DNA of 64,000 bases from Eledone cirrhosa (lineage: Eukaryota): positions 390,662,001 to 390,726,000 of the forward strand of contig OZ024741.1 of assembly GCA_964016885.1 (NCBI GenBank), in the 5' to 3' direction. Positions 50,620 to 62,150 of this stretch are shown in pieces. The first letter of the stretch is position 1, and each line of letters opens with the position of its first letter. Position numbers and translations under genes: made by a program. Under the pieces are notes generated by a model. The model made no database searches. It was not told the origin of the DNA and saw nothing but the letters and a program-made list of their open reading frames with translations.

Positions 50620-53150
50620 GAGGAGTTTCCATGGGCATCCAGTCTTAAACTCCTCTCTTATTCCCTGCAGTACTATAATGACCAGGGGAGGGCTAAGCAC
50701 AGAGCCCTGATGGACACAGAGCTCTATGCTAAATTCCTCGCTATAGTCATTGTTAACTCTAACTTTGCTGACTGCTCCCCTATACATGGCTTGTACTGCT
50801 TTCACAAGCCATTCATCTACTCCTAGTTTTCTAAGAGCCCAGCAGATTATAGCGCGAGGTACTCTGTCCAAAGCTTTTTCCAGATCGACAAATGCCAGGT
50901 AGAGCAGCTTACTTTTAGCTAGGTACTTTTCCTGTAACTTACTCATAAGGAAGAGGGCATCAGTGGTGCCTTTTCTTGGTACAAACACAAATTGCATCTC
51001 ACCTAGTTTTGCCTGGTCCCTAATCAACTGTGCTATAACTCTTTCTGTTACTTTCATAACCTGGTCCATCAGCTTTATACCTCTATAGTTTCCTCTATCT
51101 AGTGCATCACCTTTACCCTTGTAGCAGTTGACAATGATGCGGCTGCACCAATCCTTTGGTATGACACTCAAGTATTACCTGGTTAACAATACGTGTGGTT
51201 ATGGTGTGACCTACCGACCCAGATGCTTTTAGCATCTCGGCAGCTATACCCGATGGACCACTTGCCTTCCCAGTCTCCATATCTTTAATTGCTTTACTTA
51301 CTACGCTACTGTTAACTTGTACTGCTGGCCCCTCTATAGGGTCCACTTGGGGTAGGGTCTCTTTCTCCCATGCATTCTCCTCGTTTAGTAATCTTTCATA
51401 ATGGCTCTTCCACGCAGCTTTCTTCTCAGCACTTGTGAGGACAAGCTCACCATTATTATTCCGGATAAATTTCTCTCCAATGAGATCACAATTTTCTCTC
51501 ACACACTGCCTCGCAATCCTGACCCTCACGCTGCAAAACATGCTTGAATTTTCTATCCTCCGCTTCCCTTCTTGCTAGGTATACTTGTCGCCTAGCTTCC
51601 CTCCTGGTCTCTATATAATGTACCTTACTTCCCCTGTTCTTCCATTCTTTCCATGCCTGTCTCTTAGCCTTAATTGCCTCACCTACCTTATTGTTCCACC
51701 ACCAAGTCACTCCTCAACCCTGTGGTCTTGTTCCAACTACAGATCTCGTCCGTCGCCTTTAGTAAGTTATTTTTTAGGAACTCCCAGTGTTCTAGTTTTG
51801 ACAATGAGGTCGCTGACAACTAAGTTATGTTGTGAGGTACATTCCTCACTAGGGAAGGCTTTTGTGTTTACAACCGTCCATCTATCTCGTCCTCTGATGA
51901 GGATAAAGTCTATCTGACTAGAATGCTCTCCTGATCTATAGGTGATCAGATGGTTGTCGGTTTTTTTAAAGTTTGTGTTACATATCGATATGTCATTGAC
52001 ATCACGGAAGCCTGAAGCCTTCTTCATTTCTTGTGCCAAACTCATAGTCTCCATGGACTCCATAGAAGCCATCACAGTGTTTCTCAACACGTCCGTTAAA
52101 GTCCCCTGCAATGATTAGGAAGTCACTGTTGTTTGTTAGGGCAGTGGTGTGCATTAAGGGACTTGTAAAACCTATCCTTAGGTTCATCTAGCAACCCTGG
52201 GATACGTAAGCTGATATGATTGTGGCAATTGTTTTATTCAGGACTAGTCCGAGTTTAAAGATTCTTACATTCACCCTGTACACTGAGATTACCTTATCTA
52301 CCCATTTGTCAGATAATAGTATACCTACACCACCCATCTCGTTGTCATTTCCCACCCAGAAAATTTGTAGCACTGATTTTTGCCTACAAGGACTCTAGCA
52401 AACTCTCCTCTCCATCTAGTCTCTTGCACACAGCATACATCAATTTTCTTTCGCTCTAGCATCTCTATGATCTCTCCTGCTCTTCCTTTCATTGTGCTTA
52501 CATTGATGGTTTCAACTCGGAGTTTTGGACATTTGCCATCACTCGTAGGATGGAGTGAATTTTTGTGGGGGTATGCTTCCTGTCTCTGAATTAAAGCTTT
52601 GCATGGGTGCTTGGTAACTCACGGATTCATATTCATTTATTAATTCGGGGTTGTTCCATTTATCCTCAGCTCATCCATAGATATCAGTAAAAGAATTATT
52701 TAGTGCAGGGCTAGAAGGACAGTAGTAGTAATGGCAGAGTTTGTTGGGGCTGGTAAGGGCTAGGAGTGCAGTAGTAGTAGTAGTAATGGCAGTTTGTTGG
52801 GGCTGATAATGGGTTGAGGTTTGATTGGTCGAATAGCCTATGGTGGTGAGTGGAGTGGGAGGGAGGGAAATTGTGATATAGGTAGCCATCATGGCGTATA
52901 TCATCATAGGAGATTTTGAGGGAAATAAGCCGGTGCAAGTAGGCATATTGGACAAGGCAAATATGCATAACCTAGCTTCGTAAACATCGAAATGAATGTA
53001 TGAGAGAAGAGGGAGGTGATGACGGGGGTTAGGGATGACTTTCGCAGAGAGAAACATAATGACCAACGTGGTGTATTTCGAAAAACAGGGTCGGAGTATA
53101 TAAGTTGTGGCAACAGCGAATGATAATAACAACAATAATAACGACGTGAA
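50616..53150 (-). mobile_element. RTE subfamily C 5' portion (5' UTR, APE, RT up to just before YADD), decayed
   Basis: Colinear with 25110-27800. Confidence 0.9.
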
Positions 53151-53237
53151 CAGGACATTTTGGAATTGATGAAGGTAGATATGTTAAATGATGATGATAT
53201 ACATTCGTACACACACATTATATACATATATTAGCAG

Positions 53238-54205
53238 TGAAGGTTCAGGGAGCTACTAGCATTGCTAGCTAAAAAAGGCTTTTTCCCAAAAATGAAAAGC
53301 AGACTGTGATGCATGCATACAAGCAGCAGTGTTGAATGGTAGTGAGACCTGGGCGCTGTGTGCAAAAGCCTTGCGTAGATTAGAAAGAAATGAAGCTTGC
53401 ATGCTCCGATGGATGTGTTATAGTAACATATGTGAACAGCAAAGCTTAAACGAACTGAGAGAGAGGCTAGGCATAAGAGGAATCAGATGCAGTGTGCAGG
53501 AGGGGAGATTGCGTTAGTATGGACATGTGATGCGCATGAAAGATGACAGCTGTATAAAAAGGTTCAGAGCGCTCAAAGTTGATGGAAGCCTTGGAGTTGG
53601 GAGACCTAGGAAGACCTGGGACGAGGTGATAAAAATTGACCTCACCAAATTGCACCTCTCAAAGGCCATGACACAGGACCAAGATCTCTGGCATTGCGCA
53701 GCAATACAAAGATCTGAATTCCCACGGGCACAGGCCATAGCTGAAGCATATAGAGGTAAAATTCTGTTATAACGAATACCATTTATAACAAATTTTTCAA
53801 TATAATGAATTTTCTTTCAATCTCCGGCCACACGCTCGATGCATTATGTCGATCCCGTTATAAAGAATTTTTTTTATACCTCGTGAATTGCGTTATAATG
53901 GAATTTTACTATATGTAGCATGCACCACCCCACCCCTCCCACGAGAACAGGCTGAAGTATACAGCCCACACTATAAAGTGGTTGTGTTGACGACACAACA
54001 AAAGGTACCCAGTCCACGCTGTAAAGTGGTTGTGTAGGAGTCAAAACAAAAAGCACCCATCACATACAGTAAATGCGGTTGGCATTAGGAAGGGCAGCCA
54101 GTTGTAGAAACCAAGCCAAAACACGGTCCTCCGACCAGATCTCTCTCAATGTCACAGCCCGTCCTACCCATGCTAGCGTGGAAAATGGACGTTAAACTCT
54201 GATAT
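53238..54205 (+). mobile_element. RTE subfamily C 3' portion, decayed
   Basis: GSETW...GRPRKTWDEVI, then a 3' UTR ending cccatgctagcgtggaaaatggacgttaaac. Confidence 0.85.
53752..53912. mobile_element. Tigger/pogo-like MITE nested in the RTE-C 3' UTR
   Basis: TIRs gtaaaattctgttataacg / cgttataatggaattttac with TA flanks. Confidence 0.75.
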
Positions 54206-54228
54206 ATATATATAAACACACACACATA

Positions 54229-54585
54229 TCATCATCATTACTGTTTAACATCTATTTTCCAAGCTTGTATGGTTTAGACTGACTGTCATATGACATGATC
54301 AGACAGTCTGTCTCAAGCCTGGAGGCTCATAAAGCATGTGCTTATCCCGGTTTATGTGGCATTAAGCGACTGAGAGTACAAGATTTCCCCCTGAAGAGGA
54401 TGCCAGTCCATCACACAGTCAAACCCCAGCTATTTCTGATACTCAGTTTCAGCTGGGTATACTGGAGCAATGTGAAATGAAATGTTTTGCTCAATAAAAC
54501 AAACATACAACCAAGTCCAGAAATCGAACCCATGACATTATGATCATAAGTCTAACACCCTTACCACTAACCCATGGGCTTCCAT
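54229..54585 (-). mobile_element. tRNA-CORE SINE (third, older type) with RTE-like tail
   Basis: Reverse complement head gggttagtggtaagggtg...gggttcgatttc, actggagcaatgtgaaatgaa block, (CAT)n tail. Confidence 0.75.
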
Positions 54586-56221
54586 GTATATATATATATA
54601 GGAAAAAAGCTAATTATAAGATCAGACCAAAGAAATTAAGTTTCTATTGGTCTTTTCGCTGCTGATACTATTTGCCAGTTGCAACTCCTGGCAGCAGCTT
54701 CATTGCTTTGCCAGTGACAGAAGTCTGGGTTTGGCCCTCAGGGCACACAAATATGGAACAGACACTACATAGCATCTACTTATTACATTCAACTTTAATC
54801 AGTGTTCACCCAAAATGGTTTGTGCTGACCCCAACTACAGTATCCACAGCATCACGAACAGAGCCCACACACACACAGTGATCAGATATCCAAAGCAGAT
54901 ATTGTTAGCCAGTCATGATTCCAATGGAAGAGACTATATATGCAATAACCAAACATTAACTTAAAATCTGGCGTGATCCACATTTTATGTCTGCCTCGAT
55001 ATTTACGTTACCCTGAGAGAAACTCTAGTGCAAGAACATCATGGAAGAATTCACCTTGTGGTTAGCGAAGTGCATGATCAAACTAACAAGAAAGCTTTTG
55101 AGTAAGAGCTTCTTACTCTGACAATGAATTTATGTGTTTTCCACAGATTCTAATGTAGGATTTGGCAAAGAAAAAAATGGTCAAAAACTTCCTGCTTGCA
55201 TAAATCCAACACTTTTATTGACCACATCTCACAACCATATAGAAGGATAGTGCAAACAAGTGCTTAATAAATGAGGAATTTTATGGGTCGTTGGATCTCT
55301 GACTTAGATCAAGGCTAGCTTTGAAAACGGCAGAATGCAGTGTGTGCACATTTGATGCAAACATCTATCTTGTCTTTACCTTGATCCTATGATACTTGAA
55401 TGAGTTCTTTCAGAATCTCACCATTGGGTATGAAGAGATCCTTTCAGAAAGGTGAGATACTAGCAGAGACAATCTTTGTTTTGGCCTGAAATAATTTTCA
55501 TGCCAAGATGAAACATATATATTGAAACATCCACAGCTGACTGAACATTGATGAAGCTATTGCCAATTAATGCAATGTCATTGATATAGACAAGCAAAAG
55601 AAACCTCGTCATATATCCATCTACATGCAAAGCATCCCACTTTAACACTTTCAGCAATTCACTGCTTGTATATTAGTACTTTATCAACCCGGAAACAGTG
55701 AAAGACAATAGACTTCAACAGGATTTGAAAGTATGGAGAGCCATATTAGATACACATAGATATATTTTTATATAAATGCATATAGATATATCTGTAAACA
55801 CACACACATATAATCATTACTGTTTTATTTATTTTCCATGTTTGCATGGGTTAGGTTGTCACGTTCTGAAGCTAGACAGGTCAGATGCTTGTGTCTTGTT
55901 CCTATGTTCCACTTTGGCATGGTTTATACAACTCAATGCCTTTTCAAATACAAACCACTTCATGATGCATACAGGGCTTGTTTTCTCGTGGCACCTGAGA
56001 GGATGGAGAGGGTACTTTTTCCATGGTTCCAGTATTACAACTTTACACTGTGGGCAAGGTGCATTTTATCATGGTATCAGAACTATTCATATCTCAATAT
56101 ACAGTGTGTAGGTGATAAAAGACAAAGTGAACCTTTGCAGGATACTGACCCACACAGGTGAGACATGAAACCAGATCTAACTTGTTGCCCCCACCATCTG
56201 TGCCAAATCCACTGTCTTAAT

Positions 56222-56445
56222 AATAATGGTTTCTAATTTTGGCACAAGGCCAATAATTTGGGGGGATGGTAATGTTGATTAAATTGAGCCCAGTGTGTTA
56301 CTGGCACTTTATTTCATTGATCTTATTGGGATGAAAGGCAAAGCTAACCTTGGTGAGATTTTAATTCATAACGTAAAGGGACATAACTATATGCCACAAA
56401 GCATGTTGTCTGACGCTCTATCAACACTGATAATCCACCGCCCTA
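56222..56445 (-). mobile_element. SINE family 1 (older)
   Basis: gtttctaattttggcacaaggcc...ggatgaaaggcaaag...aatccaccgcc. Confidence 0.8.
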
Positions 56446-56494
56446 ATAATAATAATAGTAACAAATAATAATGATAATCATAATATTAATTAAG

Positions 56495-56697
56495 ATTTCT
56501 AATTTAGGCACAAAGCCATCAATTTGACAGGTAGGGAAATTCAATTGCATTATCAACTCACAGTACTTGACAAGCTACTCTATTTTATCAATCCTGGAAT
56601 GATGAAAGAAAGTTGACTTCAGTGGAATTTGAACTCAGAATGTAAAGAGACAACTAAATATCAATGCTCTACTGATCCTTCCAATCCATGGCCCACT
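56495..56697 (-). mobile_element. SINE family 1 (older)
   Basis: tttctaatttaggcacaaagcc...gatgaaagaaagttgacttcagtggaatttgaactcag. Confidence 0.75.
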
Positions 56698-56937
56698 AAT
56701 AATAGTAACAATAATAATATTCTTTTAAATATCACAAAGTAAGAATTTAATAATTATTCATATATACATGTGTGTGTTTGTAAATGTATGCATTTATATA
56801 TGTGTGTGTGTGTATATGTATATGTTTGTGTGTATGTGTGTACGAATATATATATCCCAGTTTTTAAAATAGGTTGTAAGAGGTGACTAAAAGGGTTGGC
56901 ATCAGAAAAGGCATCTGGCTAAAACAACTCAACCCAT

Positions 56938-56975
56938 ACTCTGAAGAAGGGAATTTTAAGGCCCGAAATATTAGG
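56938..56975 (+). ncRNA. Minimal Penelope-type hammerhead core with stem I truncated (family H4)
   Basis: CUGAAGA-A-ggg aattttaagg ccc-GAAA-UA-UU-ag. Only 2 bp of stem I remain. Confidence 0.45.
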
Positions 56976-57164
56976 ACAAAAGAAAAAAAAAGATAATAAA
57001 TACCAGGTAACTAACTTTTTCGTTGCTTTCATTTTACCATCAATTTTGCATTACTTTAGCCTTCTCATAAATATCACTTTCTACATTATATACCAAGCAC
57101 AATGCTTCAATTCTATGCACATTCTTGGATTGGAAGTATCGGTAGAGGGTCTCCGCCATGCTTT

Positions 57165-58257
57165 GCGTTTAGTGAGGAATTCAAGGTACAAATAGGAGTT
57201 CATCAAGGTTCAGTTTTTAGCCCACTACAATTCATTATAGTCCTCCAGATTATAACAGAGGAGTTTAAGACTGGCTGCCCATGGGGACTTCTCTATGCAG
57301 ATGATCTGGTCCTTATAGCCGAATCCATTAAAGACCTAAAAAATAAGTTCTGAGTATGGAAACAGAAATTAGAATCAAAAGGCCTAACAGTAAACTCAGC
57401 CAAAATTAAAGTGCTGATGTATAAAAGATAGGACCCCAATTCCTTCAGGGAAGAGGCCCTGCTCAATATGTAGAAAGGGAGTAGGCATAAATTCCGTATG
57501 ATGTACGCAATGGAAATCTTGGGTACACAAGAGATGTAGTGGAATAACGAAAGCCTTTGTTTGTAGAGGATGCACAGGGGTAACCGAGGGGAAGATAACC
57601 AGTAATGTAAGCTTATTCTAGTCACAGGAAGGACCCATAGAAGTGGTTGATAGCTTCTGCTATCTAGGCAACATAATTAGCAATGGAGGATGGTGCTGAG
57701 AGCATAATAGCTAGAATAAAGATAGGATGAACAAAATTCAGAGAGCTACACCTGTTGACCACAAACAGTTTCTCCCTACATATAAAAGCATGACTGTATA
57801 ATGCCCGTGTGCAAAGTGCGATGCTGCATGGTAGTAAAACATGGTCTGCGACTGTGGAGAATGTGCATAGGGTGGAGAGAAATGAAGCAACCATGCTCCA
57901 TTGGATGTGCTATGTAAGTGTGAAAGAGAAGCAGAGTTTGGATGAGTTGAGGGAGTAGCAGGGTTTAAGAGGAATTTGAAGTGGTGTGCAGGAGAGAAGA
58001 CTGCATTGGTTTGGACATGTGATGCGCATTGGACATGTGATGCGCATGGGTGAAGTACCAAGAAATGTGAGTGGAAGGAAGTCGCAGTAGCGGTAGACCA
58101 AGAAAGACCTGGGAAAAGGTTGTGAGAGCTGACCTCAAATCACTGAGACTCACAGAAACAATGACAAAGGATCACGACAAGTGAAAATTGCCATACTGAA
58201 AAGGACCTGTCCAACCCATGCAAGCATAGAAAAGCAGATGTAAAAATAATGATGATA
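57165..58257 (+). mobile_element. Old RTE copy (B-like), many stops
   Basis: FSEEFKVQIGVHQGS...YADD, decayed PHD, (GAT) tail. Confidence 0.88.
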
Positions 58258-58271
58258 TATATATATAGAGA

Positions 58272-58982
58272 TAAACATAGCAAAGAGAGAAGAACACAGG
58301 TATATAACTATATGTGTTCAAATTACAAGAGACAGAAACCGCCATGGTGAAGAAAATACTGACTAAAATAGTATAGTTCACAGAACTCAATTAAAAGGAT
58401 AAATCGAGATATACAAACCTACCATGACAACTATCATGTATCTAGACAGCTTACAGGTAGAACTGTTTCGCAAATCAATGAAGAGAAATACAGGTCCGAT
58501 GCTTTTCAATGGATACTCACGACCAGTAAATTCCTCACTACTAAATTTCTTAGAAGACTAAATAACGCACGTGTTAAGAGAGAAAGCACATGGTTATCAC
58601 GTGTGAGGTGGATCAAATAGAACGTAAGGCTACTAGAAAAAATAGCAGCCAGTACCATCCGATATATTAAAAACTCTAGGTTTGTATATCCCAATTTATC
58701 CTTTTAATTGAGTTCTGTGAACCATACTATTTTAGTATTTTCTTCACCCTGGCAGTTTCTGTCCCTTGTAATTTGAATGCATATAGTTATATATCCGTGT
58801 TCATCTCTCTTTGCTGTGTTATAAGGCTCAGAAAATGTTTTCCTTGAGCTAATTTGATTATATGGGACTATTGTGAGTTTTTAACACAATGTATATTTTT
58901 GATAAATTGAGCTCCTATTGCTTTTAATATATCGGATGGTTCTGGCTGCTATTTTTTCTAGTAGCGTTATGTTCTATTTAAT
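58272..58982. mobile_element. Family H1 hammerhead element as inverted, circularly permuted partial copies
   Basis: 58275-58420 is inverted at 58678-58820 and 58614-58672 is inverted at 58922-58980. Degenerate hammerhead on the minus strand at ~58437-58516. Confidence 0.8.
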
Positions 58983-58989
58983 GAATAAT

Positions 58990-59706
58990 GCCTCGATTGT
59001 TGAAAAAGATGATGAGCATGCTCTGTCTCGTCTTCTTTGGTCATGGAGATAATGGACTCTTCCATTGCGTTGACGGCTGCTTTGTCTCTGGATCTTACTC
59101 GTAAACCCAAGACTCGTCACTGGTGATGATCTTCAATATTAATGATGGCTCATCCACTGCACTCCATTTAAGTTCTTGGCAAACTTCAACACAATTTTCC
59201 TCCTGGTCCTGTGTCAGAAAACAGGGGACAAACTTGGCATATGACACATCAAGAATGTTAGCAAAGATCATCCTCAGACAATCCTCATGCACAAGTTGCC
59301 TAATTTTTTCAACATTTCCGGGATTGATGCTCGTCAGTCAAAGATCTTCCAGAAACATTCTTCCACTTTGGAAGCACCTGTGCCACTCAACACATTGCGA
59401 ATGACCCATTGCCTCATGACCGTAAGCTTGCTGAATCATGTTCAATGTCTCTGTGGCCAATTTTCCAAGTTTAACGCCAAATTTCACATTAGCTCTTTGT
59501 TCCAACTTGATGTCCAAGATGTAATTGCAGACTTCCACATGGACCTGATCAGATAAACACCAGTTAAACAACTCACTATGTAAACACAATGATGTCACTT
59601 GGTACACTGACTTATGACAGTTACAGCTATCATTGCACACAAAACGCTGTGTTGCCATCTGTTGGTGCTACAGAACTAGTCTGAAAACTTCTTGATACCA
59701 CTTCAT
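58990..59706 (-). mobile_element. Mariner transposon relic (5' TIR, HTH, first catalytic D region)
   Basis: EQRANVKF...ATET...AYG...EWHRCFQSGR; AKFVP..LT; IITSDESWVYE*DPETK; terminal TAtgaagtggtatcaagaagttttcag. Confidence 0.88.
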
Positions 59707-60564
59707 ATATTCAATAGGATATTAAGGATTAAACTCTGTTTAAAATTTGCTCCACTAGTCCCGGCTGCGTTTGTTTTTTCTGGATGATTTTGGGAATAAT
59801 GCATAACCTCCACACATGGAGTGCAGCATATACACACTCCAAGTGTGCGATGCAATAATGAAACCATGACCATGGTCCGGAGCAAGATTTATTGCATTCC
59901 CACACAAGATCGTTTTTACCACAAACTAGCTCATTGTGTACGCTCTGATATATAGACTTGTATTTTATTAATACAGGTTCTGTAAAATCATGCTTCCATC
60001 AGTAAAACCATGCCAAAAAATGTTGAGAGAACCATTCAGTCATGACATGACCTCTCTAATGTTGGTGCCATGAAAAATGCCTCCTGTACATCCTGTAAGG
60101 TGGTTGGTGATATATGCACACAATTACACACATATATATATGTCTGTTTTCCATGTCGGTACATCTTGCTCATACATTCCATACTGTGGCAGTTTCTACA
60201 GCAAATGCCCTTCCTAATACCAACCATTAAGTTTAATGACTGTATCTTATCATAGCTCTAGTACTAGAGGTTGTCAAGTCAAAAGAGTTCTCCTAACATA
60301 TTTCTCAGAGAACTACAGTCCATTTGACTTCGTAACAGTTTCTGCCAACCTAATTTCACTCACAATGACACTTGTTGCATATACTACACAGTAGGATTAA
60401 ACTATGGACCTTATTGCAAGGCGTTTGGCCATACTACATCCACAGCTAAGGGTGGTAATGTCCTTCTTTTTCACTAGTGCATATACATGTTAGTGGATTA
60501 TTTACTACTCTTAATTACCAAAGAATTTCTTAAACTTTTATTTAATGTTAATATTATTGTTAAA

Positions 60565-60715
60565 AGGCAAATTGGCAGTGATTAGAATGTCAGATAGAAT
60601 ACTTTGCAGTATTCATTCCAGCTCTCCACTCTCAGTTCAAATTCTGCTGACGTCAACTTTGCCTTTCATCCATTCAAGGTCGATAAAAAAAAGTATCAGT
60701 CAAGTGCTGGGGTTA
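60565..60715 (+). mobile_element. SINE family 1 (degenerate)
   Basis: ttggcagtgattag...agttcaaattctgctgacgtcaactttgcctttcatcc. Confidence 0.75.
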
Positions 60716-60944
60716 TTTCTCCCTCTATATCTCTTTCTCACTTCCTTTTTCTCACTCTTTATCTTTCTCTGAACGAAATGTTGTATTCAGACCTGCAAAG
60801 GAAATGATCTCTGCCAAGTTTTAAAAAGTGCCCTAGAAATGCTGTGTTAATACAGTGCTCCTACGACGCCCTTGGGAGTTACAGGACCATGCAAAAATAA
60901 AAAATATTATTGTTGTGTGTTATCTGAAAATAATACAGATATTT

Positions 60945-61171
60945 TTAACCCTTTAGCATTCACATTATTTTATATATACTATTATATTTTCATGGTAAAG
61001 GCTTTACCTCACATAATTATCTCACATAATATCGAATCTATGAGATTTTGAAAGTATTTATTTTGAGAACAATACCTTAACATCAGTTTGAGCGACCAGT
61101 TACAGCCAGTTTCAACAGAAGAGGTAGAGAATTCTGGACGGTTTGGGCCGGTTTGAACATTAAAGGGTTAA
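60945..61171. mobile_element. TTAA MITE family 2 (partial copy at 16442-16539)
   Basis: TTAAccctttagcattc...gaacattaaagggTTAA. Confidence 0.75.
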
Positions 61172-61559
61172 TTTTAAAATGTAAGAAGAAGAATCTATCT
61201 TAAAACCACCCTTATAATCTTGCCAATTTGTTTGATACTATGAAACTATTGTATCTATGAAAAACCCAAATGAAGGAATTAAATTCGATAAAGTTCTGTG
61301 ATTCATATTGAAAACCAAAACAGTAAGGATAAAGACCCAACAAAGAAAAATGGGGGCAGAGTAGTATAGAATCTGAAAAATGTCTGGAGCATGTAGGACA
61401 GTTTTCAAATAGAACTAGGTAGTTATATAAAGTAAAAGACAGCAAAACAGTTGGATATTCATAAAAAAAACAACTTGAAGTCAGTTTTTTTTTAATAGTT
61501 TTGTTATTAGAGCAAGACTCTAGCCAGACAACAGAAGTCAGTGTAGCAAATAAGACTAT

Positions 61560-62150
61560 AAGAGACAACAGGCTTGAAAGTGGGAAAGGAAGAAATAAAT
61601 ATCTGGAAACAAGGAAGAAAGCTGGATTTAAGGTTCATCTAGCAGAGAGAGAAGCAGAGTTTAAGAGGTCTGCCAACATTCTGCATTAGGAGAATGAAAA
61701 ACATGAAGTGCTTTCAGTTACAAGACTAGACAAATCTGTTCAAAATGTCATGAGCACATACATGTGTGCCCTCAATGTCAAATGATTGAAAGAGTTGAGA
61801 ATGTCAATGAACATCTTACTTAAACCGTACCAAAAGAGGAGCCAGTGTGGAGATAGTTGATAGAGCAATTAACCCTTTAGATAGCAAACAGCCAGAAACT
61901 ACCTCTGGGTCTACAGTATTTAGTTTTAAATGTTTATATATATATTTGAAAACCTTCCATCATAATTTTATGTAAGAACCTTTGTTACATTATGTTCCAG
62001 ACACCAGCTTAAGAATAAGAACATTAATTATTTTAATAAATCCCTCTAAGTTCTTCATTATTTTCAAAATTATTTGAAAATTATAGACAGCGTTTTATTA
62101 GAAATATGGTAAAATGATTAAGGGGCATGTAGGCAAATAAAGCTGCAAAT
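61560..62150 (+). mobile_element. Very old RTE fragment interrupted by a family 1 TTAA MITE (61869-62120)
   Basis: KYLETRKKAGFKVHLAEREAEFKRSANIL resembles the RTE linker; ttaaccctttagat...atggtaaaatgattaa. Confidence 0.55.
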
